64,000 nt of DNA from Vicinamibacterales bacterium (GCA_963811435.1 CAWERD010000006.1:1042696-1106695), one strand, 5' to 3'. Positions 10,383 through 20,214 are shown, counted from the stretch's first letter. Numbers and translations are program-made. Notes: a model not told the origin generated them from the sequence alone.

Positions 10383-10724
10383 ATGGCGCCCCGCGTTGAT
10401 CTCTTTCCCGGCACGCTCGACGTGCTCGTCCTGAAGGCCGTCTCGCTCGGACCGCTGCATGGTTACGGCGTGCTGCTCCGGCTCGAGCAGATCACCGGCG
10501 GCGCGCTGCTCGTCGAGCAGGGCGCCCTCTATCCGGCGCTGTTCCGGCTGGAACAGCAGGGGCTGCTCGCAGGCGAATGGGGAGTCTCCGACAACAACCG
10601 CCGCGCCAAATTTTACCGCCTGACGCCGAAGGGCCGCCGGCGGCTCAACGCGGAGACCGCCGGCTGGAACCGGTTTGCCAGCGTGATGGCGGCGGCGCTC
10701 GGCACCCGTGCCAATGAGGTGTAG
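10383..10724 (+). CDS. padR: PadR-family transcriptional regulator (acidobacterial type)
   Basis: GTLDVLVL, HGYG, GALYPALFRLE, NNRRAKFYRLT. Confidence 0.95.
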   Translation: MAPRVDLFPGTLDVLVLKAVSLGPLHGYGVLLRLEQITGGALLVEQGALYPALFRLEQQGLLAGEWGVSDNNRRAKFYRLTPKGRRRLNAETAGWNRFASVMAAALGTRANEV

Positions 10725-10737
10725 ACGCAGCGATCAA

Positions 10738-10795
10738 AGCCGAGCCGCCGTCAGGCGGCGACGGCACAGGTCGTGGGGGTGGGGCCCCGCGACAC
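10738..10795. repeat. REP-like palindromic element between padR and the permease
   Basis: gccgcc-gtca-ggcggc hairpin followed by gtcgtgggggtggggccccgcgac. Confidence 0.45.
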
Positions 10796-10820
10796 ACTGA
10801 TAGAGGGTATAGACGCAACC

Positions 10821-13517
10821 ATGTGGACGAGATGGCGGCTGTGGCTCGCCAGCATCCTCCGGCGCCGCGAGTTCGATCGCGCGATCGAAGCTGAGCTGAG
10901 GTTCCACCTTCAGGCTCGTGTCGAGCACTTGCAGCGCTCGGGCGTTCCCCACGCTGAAGCCGAACGGCAGGCGCGGCTCGAGATCGGCGCTCTCGACAAG
11001 TACAAGGACGAGCTCCGCGACACGAGAAGAGGCGCCTGGGTCGAGCAGCTCGGACAGGATCTCCGCTACGGTGCGCGCGTCCTTCTCGGCCGGCCCGGAT
11101 TCACCGTCGCCGCGACGGTCACCCTCGCGCTTGGCGTTGGCGCGACCGCCACGGTGTTCTCTCTTCTCGACGTCGTGTTGCTGCGTTCGCTGCCAGTTCG
11201 TGATCCGCATGAGCTGGCGCACATCTACACCTCATGCCGGGCGGGCGATGTGTACTGCTCCAGCTCGTATCCCGAGTACCTCGACTATCGATCCCAGAGC
11301 CGAATATTTGCCGACATGGCCGCCTTCCAGCCGATGGAGGTGAGTGTCAGCGGCGATTCCGGAAGCTGGGTCGGGACAGCGCTGCTCGTATCGACCAACT
11401 ACTTCTCCCTGCTCGGCGTGGCTCCGCTCGCCGGTCAGCTCATCTCGCCCGCGTGGAACGTCGCGGCCGATCCGCCCGTCGTCCTTGCGCACGACACGTG
11501 GGTGACCCACTTTGGCGGCGATTCATCCATCATCGGACGCCGTCTCCGCCTGAGCGGCGGCTCGTTCCGCATCGTCGGCGTTGCTCCATCGTGGTTCAAC
11601 GGGACGCGGTTGGAGATGCGTCCCGATCTTTGGATGCCGATCGAGAACATCTCATTGCTGCCGGTCGGTGCGTCGGATCCAGGCTCCGCGACAGTAGCAG
11701 GCAGCGACATGCTCATCAACCGCGGCAGGCGTTGGATTTCCGGCACGATCGGCCGCCTGCGGCCGGGCGCGACAATCCCGCAAGCCCAGGCCGACATGCG
11801 CGCGATCTCGGACGGACTTCAGCAATCAGATGCCGGCCGCGAGCGAAGATTCGTCACCGTCGAGGGCGCCACACGCGCGGCGCTTCCGCCGATGGCTGCC
11901 CGCGACATCAGGAGATTTGTGGCGCTGCTGATGGGCGGCGTTGCCGCCACGCTGTTGATCGCGTGCGCTAACGTTGCCGGCCTGCTCCTCGCCCGTGGCG
12001 CGGCGAGACGTCCGGAGCTCGAGCTCCGCCGCGCGCTGGGCGCGGGTCGCGCCCGGCTCGTTCGTCAGCTGCTGGCCGAATACCTCCTGCTCGCGATGGC
12101 AGGCACGATAGCCGGCATGTTGGTGGCGAAATGGGCGATCGCGCTGCTCGCGGCGTACGACCTGCCGGGCGCTCTGCATGTGGCCTCACTCGATCTGAAG
12201 CTCGACGCGCGCGTGCTGATCTTCGCGGTCGTGCTGTTCATCTTCACTGGTGCGTTCGGTTTGCTTCCCGCGCTCGGAACGATCCGCGGGCTGTCAGCCA
12301 CCACGGGGAGCCGGACGACCGGTGAAGGCACCGGAAGCGCGCGCGGGCAAGGCCCGCTGCTCGGCGCGCAGGTGGCCGTCACCGTCGTGCTGCTGATTGC
12401 GGCCGGGCTTTTCATCAGGAGTCTTCAGCACGGTCTCGCGCTCGATCTTGGCCTGACGAGCCATTCCGTTCTCATGGCGGAGATCGCGCCTGCGCTCGAA
12501 GGCTATCCGCCGGGCCGCATACAGCATGTTCTGGACGAAGCCGTGGCGCGGCTGGCGAGCGTGCCAGGTATAGATGCAGTGGCCGCCGCAAGGCAGCCGC
12601 CGCTCGTCCGCGGTAACGGATTTCGCGCGCAGGACATCGAAGGCTACTCGCCTCGACGCGGCGAGGAGATCCGGTTCGAATCGAACTTCGTCGGAGCGGG
12701 CTACTTCAGGATTCTCGGCATCCCCGTTCGCGCGGGGCGGGAATTCGGCGAAAGCGATCGCGCCGGCGGGCCACTTGTCGGCGTCATCAGCGAGACGATG
12801 GCGCGCCGCTACTGGAGCGATCGCAATCCCATCGGCACACACATCAGCAGCAGGTCGTTCGAAGGCCCTATCGAGATCGTCGGCGTTGCCGCGGATGTCA
12901 CACTCGGCCTCGATGGCACAGCCGAGCCATTCGTTTACCTGTCGATTCGGCAGCACCCAAGGTTCCTCACCGCGCCGATTCCACTGCAGCTTCTCGTGCG
13001 CGCGCAGGCGAATCCGTCAGCGCTGGCTGCATCCATGCGCGGAGTGCTGCACGAGATCGACCCATCGGTTCCTGTCACCGCGATTACGACCCTGGACGCG
13101 CGCATCGCGGAACTGCTCATGCCACAGCGACTGGGGAGCGCCCTGCTTTCGACGCTGGCGGGGCTGACGTTGACCCTCGTGATCGTTGGAGTGGTTGGCA
13201 CAGTGAGCTATGGCGTGTCTCGGCGGCGACGCGAGATCGGTGTGCGGCTTGCGCTCGGCGCACGCCGCGGCCAGGTAGTCGGCGCGCTGACGCACGGGGC
13301 GCTATTGGTGGTGGCAGCGGGGGTCCTCGCCGGCGTGCTGGCGGCCGTTGCCATCACAGGTCTCGTGTCGAGCTTTCTCTACGGGATCGAACCGACCGAT
13401 AGCACGACGCTGGTGATGGCGACGACGCTGCTCGTTGTCGCCAGCGGAATCGCGTCGTTGGTGCCGGCATGGCGGGCCGCCGGCATAGATCCGGCGAAGA
13501 TCCTGAAGGCGGAATAG
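10821..13517 (+). CDS. ADOP-family duplicated MacB-like ABC permease
   Basis: ELRFH N-terminal domain, QDLRYGAR, LLIACANVAGLLLAR, RRRREIGVRLALGA, ends DPAKILKAE; follows padR. Confidence 0.93.
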   Translation: MWTRWRLWLASILRRREFDRAIEAELRFHLQARVEHLQRSGVPHAEAERQARLEIGALDKYKDELRDTRRGAWVEQLGQDLRYGARVLLGRPGFTVAATVTLALGVGATATVFSLLDVVLLRSLPVRDPHELAHIYTSCRAGDVYCSSSYPEYLDYRSQSRIFADMAAFQPMEVSVSGDSGSWVGTALLVSTNYFSLLGVAPLAGQLISPAWNVAADPPVVLAHDTWVTHFGGDSSIIGRRLRLSGGSFRIVGVAPSWFNGTRLEMRPDLWMPIENISLLPVGASDPGSATVAGSDMLINRGRRWISGTIGRLRPGATIPQAQADMRAISDGLQQSDAGRERRFVTVEGATRAALPPMAARDIRRFVALLMGGVAATLLIACANVAGLLLARGAARRPELELRRALGAGRARLVRQLLAEYLLLAMAGTIAGMLVAKWAIALLAAYDLPGALHVASLDLKLDARVLIFAVVLFIFTGAFGLLPALGTIRGLSATTGSRTTGEGTGSARGQGPLLGAQVAVTVVLLIAAGLFIRSLQHGLALDLGLTSHSVLMAEIAPALEGYPPGRIQHVLDEAVARLASVPGIDAVAAARQPPLVRGNGFRAQDIEGYSPRRGEEIRFESNFVGAGYFRILGIPVRAGREFGESDRAGGPLVGVISETMARRYWSDRNPIGTHISSRSFEGPIEIVGVAADVTLGLDGTAEPFVYLSIRQHPRFLTAPIPLQLLVRAQANPSALAASMRGVLHEIDPSVPVTAITTLDARIAELLMPQRLGSALLSTLAGLTLTLVIVGVVGTVSYGVSRRRREIGVRLALGARRGQVVGALTHGALLVVAAGVLAGVLAAVAITGLVSSFLYGIEPTDSTTLVMATTLLVVASGIASLVPAWRAAGIDPAKILKAE

Positions 13518-13519
13518 CT

Positions 13520-13543
13520 AAAGGGGTCACCCGACCCCTTTTT
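13520..13543. terminator. Probable bidirectional intrinsic terminator
   Basis: aaaggggtc-accc-gacccctttttt-like hairpin between convergent genes. Confidence 0.6.
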
Positions 13544-13545
13544 AG

Positions 13546-13950
13546 TCAGGGCTGCAACAACGGCAGGCTGCTGAGCGGCGGGGGAGAAGGCAACGCCTGC
13601 AGGAACGCGTACACGTCGGCGACATCCTGATCCGACATCACCTTCGCTTTGTACGGCGGCATTTCACCTCTGGGCGAACGCAGGTATCTCAGAAACGCCT
13701 GGTAAGGAATCGGCCTCGGGCCCAGCCGCGGCCCCTGCGTGCCCCCTTGCCCTTGTTCGCTGTGGCACTGATAGCAGCCGATTCGCCCGTACAGCGCTTT
13801 GCCTTTGGCGGCGCTTCCAACCGGCGCCGCGGCTGATGTCTCTGCCGCCACCGCGGCTTTGTTTTGCGCGACGGCCGGAGCCGGCGACAATGCCGCGATC
13901 GCCGCGAGCGAGACTCCAACCGCCGCTGCGCGCAATTGTCTCAACGTCAT
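13546..13950 (-). CDS. Monoheme class I cytochrome c
   Basis: Signal peptide, GKALY, CYQCH, GPRL, distal Met in GEMPPY. Confidence 0.92.
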   Translation of the reverse strand: MTLRQLRAAAVGVSLAAIAALSPAPAVAQNKAAVAAETSAAAPVGSAAKGKALYGRIGCYQCHSEQGQGGTQGPRLGPRPIPYQAFLRYLRSPRGEMPPYKAKVMSDQDVADVYAFLQALPSPPPLSSLPLLQP

Positions 13951-13959
13951 CTCGACCTC

Positions 13960-15936
13960 TCAGCGCGCCTGAGTGACGATATCCACGAGTGCCGGCTCAC
14001 CACGTTTCACAACGGCCAGGGCTCGCGTAATCGCCGGTGCGATATCCTTCGGATCGGTGATGGGTCCCTCTGCATGCACGCCCAGTCCCTGCGCAAGCTT
14101 CGAGAAGTCGATGTTGGGATCGGAGAGCATGCTGCCGATCTGTCCGCGATCGACGCCCCGACTGCGCCGGTTGCACATACGCTGCACGTGCATCACTTCC
14201 ATGTGATACGCGCGGTTGTTGTTCATGATGCTGAGCAGCGGAATTTTGTGGTGCGCGGCCGTCCATAGCACGCCGGGCGCGTACATGAGATCGCCGTCTG
14301 TCTGAATGGCCACTGACAACCGCCCGTGCCGCTTGTTGGCGAGCGCGGCGCCGACCGAAGCGGGCGCGCCATAGCCGATTCCGCCTCCGCCGGCATCGCC
14401 GAGCCAGTGATAGGGCTTCTTGAAATCCCAGAGCCGCCTGGGCCAGCCGCCACCATCGCTGTAGTAGCTCGAGACGAGCGACCAGTCCTCGTGCTTGATC
14501 TGCGCCCAGAGCTCCGCACACAGACGAGCCGTGCTTACGGGGCTCGCGTCCCAGGCGTACGACGCCGCGAGCCGCGCACGTTCGAGCGTGGCTCGTCTGG
14601 CCTCGGCCAACCGCGCTCCTCGCTCTTCGAAGACCCGCCGGCGGTCGCCGGTAACGAGCCGCTTGACGGCTTCGATGAGCGCCGGGAGCGTCGCTTCGCC
14701 GTCGCCGGCAATCGCGAGGTCAACCTCCGCCATACGGCGGAAGTCCTGGTAGTTCGACCGGACATACAGCTCGCCGGTTGTGATGGTGACGAGCTTGGCG
14801 CCCGGCCTGGTCAGCGGCCGCTGCGTGCGATGCTGCTGATCGCGCATCGTGTTGACACTTCCCCAGAAGTCGGTCACCTCGAGGCCCACGACGACGTCCG
14901 CCGTGGCGATGACGGCATTGGCCCGCTCCGACTGATTGAGAGGGTGGAGCGAGGGGAAGTTCATCCGTCCGCCCTTGTCGATGACGGCAGCTTGCAGCGT
15001 CTCCGCCAGTTCTACGAGTAGTGGCATTGCGGCCGGAGTCCGCGCGAGCCGATCGGCAACCAGCACCGGGTTCTCGGCGGCGACCAGCAGCCGCGCCAGC
15101 TCTGCCACGGCAGCCGCGTCCCCTTGAGGAGCCGTTGGCATAGTGAGCTTTGGAATCGAGAGCGCGCTGCGGTCCTTGATGCCGTCCTCTTGCAGCGGGC
15201 CGTCGGCGACGATGACCACCGGCGCCATCGGCGGCGTCATGCCGATCCGGTAAGCGCGCACCGCCGACTCGGCAAAGTGGCCGAGCGACCACGGCGTGTC
15301 GTCCCATTTCGTGTAGTCGCGAACCATGGCGGCAACGTCTTGCGCGCCGTGATACCACTCAGCTCCACGGCGGGTCGCGGCATCGCCGTAGTTGCCCAGG
15401 ATGATGTACACGGGCACGCGATCGCACCACGCGTTGTAGATCGCCATGGCCGCGTGCTGCAAGCCGACGGTGCCGTGCGCCATCACGGCCAACGGCTTAC
15501 CGTCAACCTTAAAATAACCATGGCCCATGGCCACAGACGACTCTTCGTGGCAGCAGGTGATGAGCTCGGGTTTCTGATTGCCGCCGTAGTTGATGACCGA
15601 TTCGTGGAGACCGCGAAAGCTCGAACCGGGATTGGCGCAGATGTACTCGAACCCGAGCGACTTGATGACGTCCACCATGAAGTCAGACCCGGCGCTGTCG
15701 GTCGTGAGCACGTCGTCTTCCACCGGCGGCGTCGCTTCGGCCGCCGCCGTCATGACGGGCGTGGCCGGCGGGCGCTGAGATTCCGGTGGAGCCGCCTGCG
15801 GCGCACCGATGACGTTGGCAGGGACCATCAGCGTGGCCGCGCCCACCATCGCACCGCTCTGCAGAAACCTCCGCCGCTCGATGGATGTCGGTCTGGGTTG
15901 CTTCGATCGCCCCACGGCGCCACCTCTATCTTTCAA
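13960..15936 (-). CDS. Thiamine-pyrophosphate-dependent enzyme (ALS/benzoylformate decarboxylase fold) with Tat signal
   Basis: ERRRFLQSG Tat motif; NPGSS, HEES catalytic Glu, GGGGIGYG, TDGD...NNN TPP motif; exact start uncertain. Confidence 0.88.
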   Translation of the reverse strand: MKDRGGAVGRSKQPRPTSIERRRFLQSGAMVGAATLMVPANVIGAPQAAPPESQRPPATPVMTAAAEATPPVEDDVLTTDSAGSDFMVDVIKSLGFEYICANPGSSFRGLHESVINYGGNQKPELITCCHEESSVAMGHGYFKVDGKPLAVMAHGTVGLQHAAMAIYNAWCDRVPVYIILGNYGDAATRRGAEWYHGAQDVAAMVRDYTKWDDTPWSLGHFAESAVRAYRIGMTPPMAPVVIVADGPLQEDGIKDRSALSIPKLTMPTAPQGDAAAVAELARLLVAAENPVLVADRLARTPAAMPLLVELAETLQAAVIDKGGRMNFPSLHPLNQSERANAVIATADVVVGLEVTDFWGSVNTMRDQQHRTQRPLTRPGAKLVTITTGELYVRSNYQDFRRMAEVDLAIAGDGEATLPALIEAVKRLVTGDRRRVFEERGARLAEARRATLERARLAASYAWDASPVSTARLCAELWAQIKHEDWSLVSSYYSDGGGWPRRLWDFKKPYHWLGDAGGGGIGYGAPASVGAALANKRHGRLSVAIQTDGDLMYAPGVLWTAAHHKIPLLSIMNNNRAYHMEVMHVQRMCNRRSRGVDRGQIGSMLSDPNIDFSKLAQGLGVHAEGPITDPKDIAPAITRALAVVKRGEPALVDIVTQAR

Positions 15937-16042
15937 ATGTCAGCTGGTCGGGAAGACAGTAAGTGAGGAGAGTTCCGGAGTCAACAGAAGTGGGACAACG
16001 ACTACAATGACTACCGCCCGTCACTCATACAGGAGACATCAC

Positions 16043-17041
16043 GTGAGATTGCATGCACTCTGCATCGGCACAACGCTGGCCGTAGGGGCCGGTATGGTCA
16101 TCGCGTCGGCGCAAGTGGCCCCACCGACTGTGGATGGCCTGGTGTCCGCCGCCAAGGTTGCCGCAGGTACGGATTGGGCAGGCACGTTCATGCGCCTCTG
16201 CATTGCTCCTCCTCCAGCGCCGGCAGGCGGACGCGGCGGTGGCGGAGGCAATGCCGGCCGGACCTCTCCGCCGCCAAGAGAGACGTGGCACGTCGAGCCC
16301 GCCAAGGTTGCCGACAACCTGTATTTCCTCGGCGAGAAAGCCCACCACTCATGGGCGATCGTCGGCAGCGAGGGGATCATCCTCATCGAGGCGCTCTATG
16401 ACTACATGGTGGCGGATGAAGTGGCCGGTGGCTTGAGAAAGCTCGGCCTCGACATGAACAAGGTCAAGTACGCGGTCATGTCGCACGCGCACGGCGATCA
16501 TGATGGCGGCGCCGCGTTCCTGCAGGACTCGATCCCGGGCGTGCGCCTTGTGTATGGCGCCGAAGATTGGGACGCCGTTGAGAAGTCGACAAACCGTCCC
16601 GGCGGCAAGCCGAAGCGCGACATGGTCGGGACGGATGGCCAGAAGCTGTCAGTCGGCGATGCTTCGATCCAGATCGTCACGATGCCTGGCCACACTGCCG
16701 GGACGCTCTCCTATCTGTTCGAGGTCAAGGACAACGGCAAGCCGCTCCGCGTGGCATACGTGGGAGGAACAGCCATCCCGTTCAATGGAACCGCCGCGTA
16801 TTACGATCAGTACCTTGCGTCTTCGCAGAAGTTTGCAAAAGCTGCCGCCGCTTACGGCGCCACGGTCCTGCTGTCCAATCACACCGAGTTCGACAACGGG
16901 TACTACAAAGCCCACACCGCCGCCTTTCGGAAGCCCGGTGAATCCAATCCTTTTGACGTCGGCAAGGACGGTGTCGCCCGTTACTTCACGGTGGTTCAAA
17001 ACTGCACCATGGCGACCAAGCTGCGCGCCGCCAAGATGTGA
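16043..17041 (+). CDS. Secreted MBL-fold hydrolase (subclass B3-like)
   Basis: RBS aggag + GTG 16043; SHAHGDHDGG, PGHT, SNH; stop overlaps tctC start. Confidence 0.88.
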   Translation: MRLHALCIGTTLAVGAGMVIASAQVAPPTVDGLVSAAKVAAGTDWAGTFMRLCIAPPPAPAGGRGGGGGNAGRTSPPPRETWHVEPAKVADNLYFLGEKAHHSWAIVGSEGIILIEALYDYMVADEVAGGLRKLGLDMNKVKYAVMSHAHGDHDGGAAFLQDSIPGVRLVYGAEDWDAVEKSTNRPGGKPKRDMVGTDGQKLSVGDASIQIVTMPGHTAGTLSYLFEVKDNGKPLRVAYVGGTAIPFNGTAAYYDQYLASSQKFAKAAAAYGATVLLSNHTEFDNGYYKAHTAAFRKPGESNPFDVGKDGVARYFTVVQNCTMATKLRAAKM

Positions 17042-18405
17042 GGTTCGCGCAGATCTCGAGTGTCGTGCTCGTCGTCAGCACTGTTGCGGCGCCTGTCGCT
17101 GCGCAACCGGGTGCGGCAGCGCAGGGCTTCAGCCCTGCCCAGACCGCGTACCAGCACCTCCGGATCATCGCGCCGGCGGCTCCGGGCGGCGGATGGGATC
17201 AGACCGCGCGCGTCATGCAGCAGGTCCTGCAACGCGCGGGCATCGTTCACACGTCTTCTGTTGAAAATATTCCCGGCGCGGCGGGCACGATCGGCCTCGC
17301 GCGGTTCATCGGCGCCGAGCGTGGGAACGGCGACGTCGTGATGGTCTCAGGTCTGATCATGCTTGGCGCCATCGTCACGCACGCCTCGCCGGTGACGCTA
17401 CGCGAGGTTACGCCCATTGCGCGGCTCACAGGTGAATACGAAGTCATCGTGGTCCCTGCGGCGTCACCGTTCCGATCGCTCACCGATCTCGTCCGGGCGT
17501 TCCGGGAACGGCCTGAGTCGATTTCGTGGGGAGGCGGATCGGCGGGCGGGACCGATCAGATGCTGGCCGGGCTCGTGGCCGATGCCGTCGGCGTGTCGCC
17601 GCGGCGTGTGAACTACATCGCGTTCTCTGGCGGGGGCGAATCGATGTCTGCGATTCTCGGCGGACAGGTGTCGGCGGGCATCAACGGCCTTGCTGAGTTC
17701 GCTCCGCAGATCGACGCAGGCACCGTGCGTGTGCTTGGCATCTCGAGCGCCGAGCGGTTGCCCGGCGTCGCGGCTCCGACGCTCCGCGAACAGGGTGTGG
17801 ACGTCGAGCTCGAGAACTGGCGCTCGCTAGTGGCGCCGCCCGGCATCAGCTCTGTCGAGCAGGAGCGTCTCGAGAGGGCCGTCGAGACCATGGTGCGGTC
17901 GGCCGAATGGCGTCAGGAACTCGAGCGCTATCGCTGGATCGATCGCTATCTGGCCGGCGATGAGTTCGCCCGATTCTCTGAATCCGAAGACCAGCGCGTG
18001 CACGCGATCCTGACCAAGCTCGGATTGGGATCGGATGAAACGACGCCACCGAGCGCCGGTGTCTATCCTCTGTTCGTACTCGCCGGTCTCGTGTTCTGGA
18101 TCGGCGCAGCGGTGGTGGAGACTGTTCGAGCGCCCACGGCATCGCCGAGAAGCAGTGCTGGTCCAGGATGGGGACCGGCCGCGCTGATTGCGGCCGGCAT
18201 GGCCCTCGACCTGGCGCTGATGGAGTGGGCCGGATTCGTGCTGGCGTCTACCGCGCTCTTCTGGCTGACGGCACGGGCGTTCAACCGTGACCATCCTGGA
18301 CGCGATGCGGTCTTCGCGCTCGCGGTCTCGACCGGCGCGTATCTTCTGTTTGTGCGCGTGCTCAGCGTAACGTTGCCTGCAGGATTCTTTGCGCGCTGGT
18401 TGTAA
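17038..18405 (+). CDS. tctC: Tripartite tricarboxylate transporter TctC substrate-binding protein fused to a TctB-like membrane domain
   Basis: PAAPGGGWDQTAR, NIPGAAGTIG, GGGSAGG, FSGGGE, NWR; C-terminal ~120 aa with 4 TMs ending LPAG. Confidence 0.9.
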   Translation: MRFAQISSVVLVVSTVAAPVAAQPGAAAQGFSPAQTAYQHLRIIAPAAPGGGWDQTARVMQQVLQRAGIVHTSSVENIPGAAGTIGLARFIGAERGNGDVVMVSGLIMLGAIVTHASPVTLREVTPIARLTGEYEVIVVPAASPFRSLTDLVRAFRERPESISWGGGSAGGTDQMLAGLVADAVGVSPRRVNYIAFSGGGESMSAILGGQVSAGINGLAEFAPQIDAGTVRVLGISSAERLPGVAAPTLREQGVDVELENWRSLVAPPGISSVEQERLERAVETMVRSAEWRQELERYRWIDRYLAGDEFARFSESEDQRVHAILTKLGLGSDETTPPSAGVYPLFVLAGLVFWIGAAVVETVRAPTASPRSSAGPGWGPAALIAAGMALDLALMEWAGFVLASTALFWLTARAFNRDHPGRDAVFALAVSTGAYLLFVRVLSVTLPAGFFARWL

Positions 18406-18408
18406 GTA

Positions 18409-18532
18409 GTTCGCCGTTTACAGTTCGCCGTTTACAGTTCACGGTTTACCGTTCTCCGTTTACCGTTCACCGTTACAGCGGCGTTGAACGGTAAACGGTG
18501 AACGGTAAACGGTAAACGGTTTACGGTAAACG
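18409..18532. repeat. Inverted array of 7-nt tandem repeats
   Basis: ~10 GTTYACC-like units followed by ~6 AACGGTA-like (reverse-complement) units; fills the tctB-tctA gap. Confidence 0.9.
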
Positions 18533-18537
18533 AAGAC

Positions 18538-20034
18538 ATGGACACACTCCACGCGCTCAGCCAAGGGTTTGCCAGCGCGCTTACGCTGCCGCACCTCGCG
18601 TGGGCGTTCGCCGGGGTCACGCTTGGCACTGCGGTCGGCGTGCTCCCCGGCATTGGCCCTGCCCTGACCGTCGCGCTGCTGCTTCCCGCGACATTCACGC
18701 TCGAACCCACGAGCGCGTTCATCATGTTCGCCGGCATCTACTACGGCGCGATGTACGGTGGTTCCACCACCAGCATCCTGCTGAATACTCCTGGCGAGAC
18801 GGCGTCGATCGTCACCGCCATCGACGGCCACATGATGGCGCGGCAGGGCCGCGGGGCGGCGGCGCTGACGACCGCGGCCATCGGATCGTTTGTCGCTGGC
18901 ACGATCGCCACCCTGGCGCTCGCGTTGTTTGCACCGCCGCTGGCCTCGTTCGCGCTGCGCTTCGGGCCGGCGGAGTACTTCGCGCTGACGGTCGTGGCGT
19001 TCACCACTGTATCGGTGCTGCTCGGTTCGTCGATCGCCCGAGGGCTCTTCAGCCTCTTCCTGGGTCTCGCGCTGGGATTGGTCGGCATCGACCAACTGAC
19101 CGGCGAGGCTCGGTTCTCGTTCGGCATTTCGCAACTGCTCGATGGTATCGACGTCGTCATCTTCGTGATCGGGCTGTTTGCGGTGGGGGAGACCCTCTTC
19201 CAGGCCTGGCGTCACGGCCGCGACGAGATGGAGATCGTCACGCTGCACGACTTCACGGGCATGAGCCGCGACGACTGGAAGCGATCGTGGAAGCCATGGC
19301 TGCGCGGAACGGCTATTGGCTTCCCGTTGGGCGTGCTGCCGTGCGGCGGCCCGGTAATTCCGACATTCCTTTCTTACATGGTCGAGAAGCGGCTGAGTCG
19401 CGAGCCAGAACGATTCGGCCACGGCGCCATCGAAGGCGTGGCCGGCCCCGAAGCCGCCAACAACGCGTCGGCCGCCGGTGTGCTGGTACCGCTGCTCACG
19501 CTCGGTCTTCCCTCGTCTGCGACCGCGGCGATCATGCTCGCGGCGTTTCAGCAGTATGGCCTTCAGCCGGGTCCGCTGCTCTTCGCCTCGCGACCCGACC
19601 TCGTCTGGACGCTCGTCGCCAGCCTGTTCATCGGCAACGTGATGCTGCTGGTCCTGAACCTGCCGCTCGCCGGTATGTGGGCGCGCGTCATGCTGGTGCC
19701 CAGGCGGTTGCTCTTCGGCGTCATCCTCGTGCTGGCATCGCTCGGTGCGTACAGCCTCAACCGATCGCTGCTCGATCTTGCCGTGTTGTACGTCATCGGT
19801 ATTTTTGGTTGTGCGATGCGCGCGAATGACGTGCCGCTGGCGCCGGCGGTGATCGGCCTGATTCTCGGACCGATGTCAGAGCAGCAGTTCCGCAGAGCCG
19901 TGGCGATCAGCGAAGGCGATCTCTCGGTCTTCGTCACGCGGCCGATCAGCGCCACTCTCCTGGTTGTGGCCGTCGCGGTGCTTGCGGCACCTCGCATCCT
20001 CGAACAGTGGATGCCGCCGCGAGGGGAAGCGTAG
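18538..20034 (+). CDS. tctA: Tripartite tricarboxylate transporter permease TctA
   Basis: [48 protein letters not shown]. Confidence 0.95.
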   Translation: MDTLHALSQGFASALTLPHLAWAFAGVTLGTAVGVLPGIGPALTVALLLPATFTLEPTSAFIMFAGIYYGAMYGGSTTSILLNTPGETASIVTAIDGHMMARQGRGAAALTTAAIGSFVAGTIATLALALFAPPLASFALRFGPAEYFALTVVAFTTVSVLLGSSIARGLFSLFLGLALGLVGIDQLTGEARFSFGISQLLDGIDVVIFVIGLFAVGETLFQAWRHGRDEMEIVTLHDFTGMSRDDWKRSWKPWLRGTAIGFPLGVLPCGGPVIPTFLSYMVEKRLSREPERFGHGAIEGVAGPEAANNASAAGVLVPLLTLGLPSSATAAIMLAAFQQYGLQPGPLLFASRPDLVWTLVASLFIGNVMLLVLNLPLAGMWARVMLVPRRLLFGVILVLASLGAYSLNRSLLDLAVLYVIGIFGCAMRANDVPLAPAVIGLILGPMSEQQFRRAVAISEGDLSVFVTRPISATLLVVAVAVLAAPRILEQWMPPRGEA

Positions 20035-20071
20035 AAGGGTTGCACAACCGCGCAGTGTGCCAGCCGCCGAA

Positions 20072-20137
20072 GGTGGCACAGGGCTTCAGCCCTGTCACTG
20101 TGGCGGCTGGCGGACAGGACTAAAGTCCTGTGCCACC
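20072..20137. repeat. Inverted pair of REP-like palindromes (GGGCTTCAGCCC class)
   Basis: ggtggcacagggcttcagccctgt ... acaggactaaagtcctgtgccacc. Confidence 0.8.
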
Positions 20138-20145
20138 CCAGTCCT

Positions 20146-20214
20146 GTACGTAGGGCGGGTCTTGCCGTGTAGACCCGCCAGGATTGCCGGGTCTGGAGAA
20201 CAGACCCGGCCTAC
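20146..20214. repeat. Inverted pair of GTAG-type REP palindromes
   Basis: gtacGTAGggcgggtc..gacccgcc and gccgggtctg..cagacccggcCTAC; first 16 nt identical to the element at 57696. Confidence 0.8.

Noticed and set aside
16043-17041. Beta-lactam resistance gene
   Set aside because: MBL/B3-like fold is shared by many hydrolases; context is catabolic and activity cannot be inferred from motifs
18409-18532. CRISPR array (also considered for 36624, 52317, 56468, 57856)
   Set aside because: Units are 7-9 nt, directly tandem, with no unique spacers; no cas genes in the window
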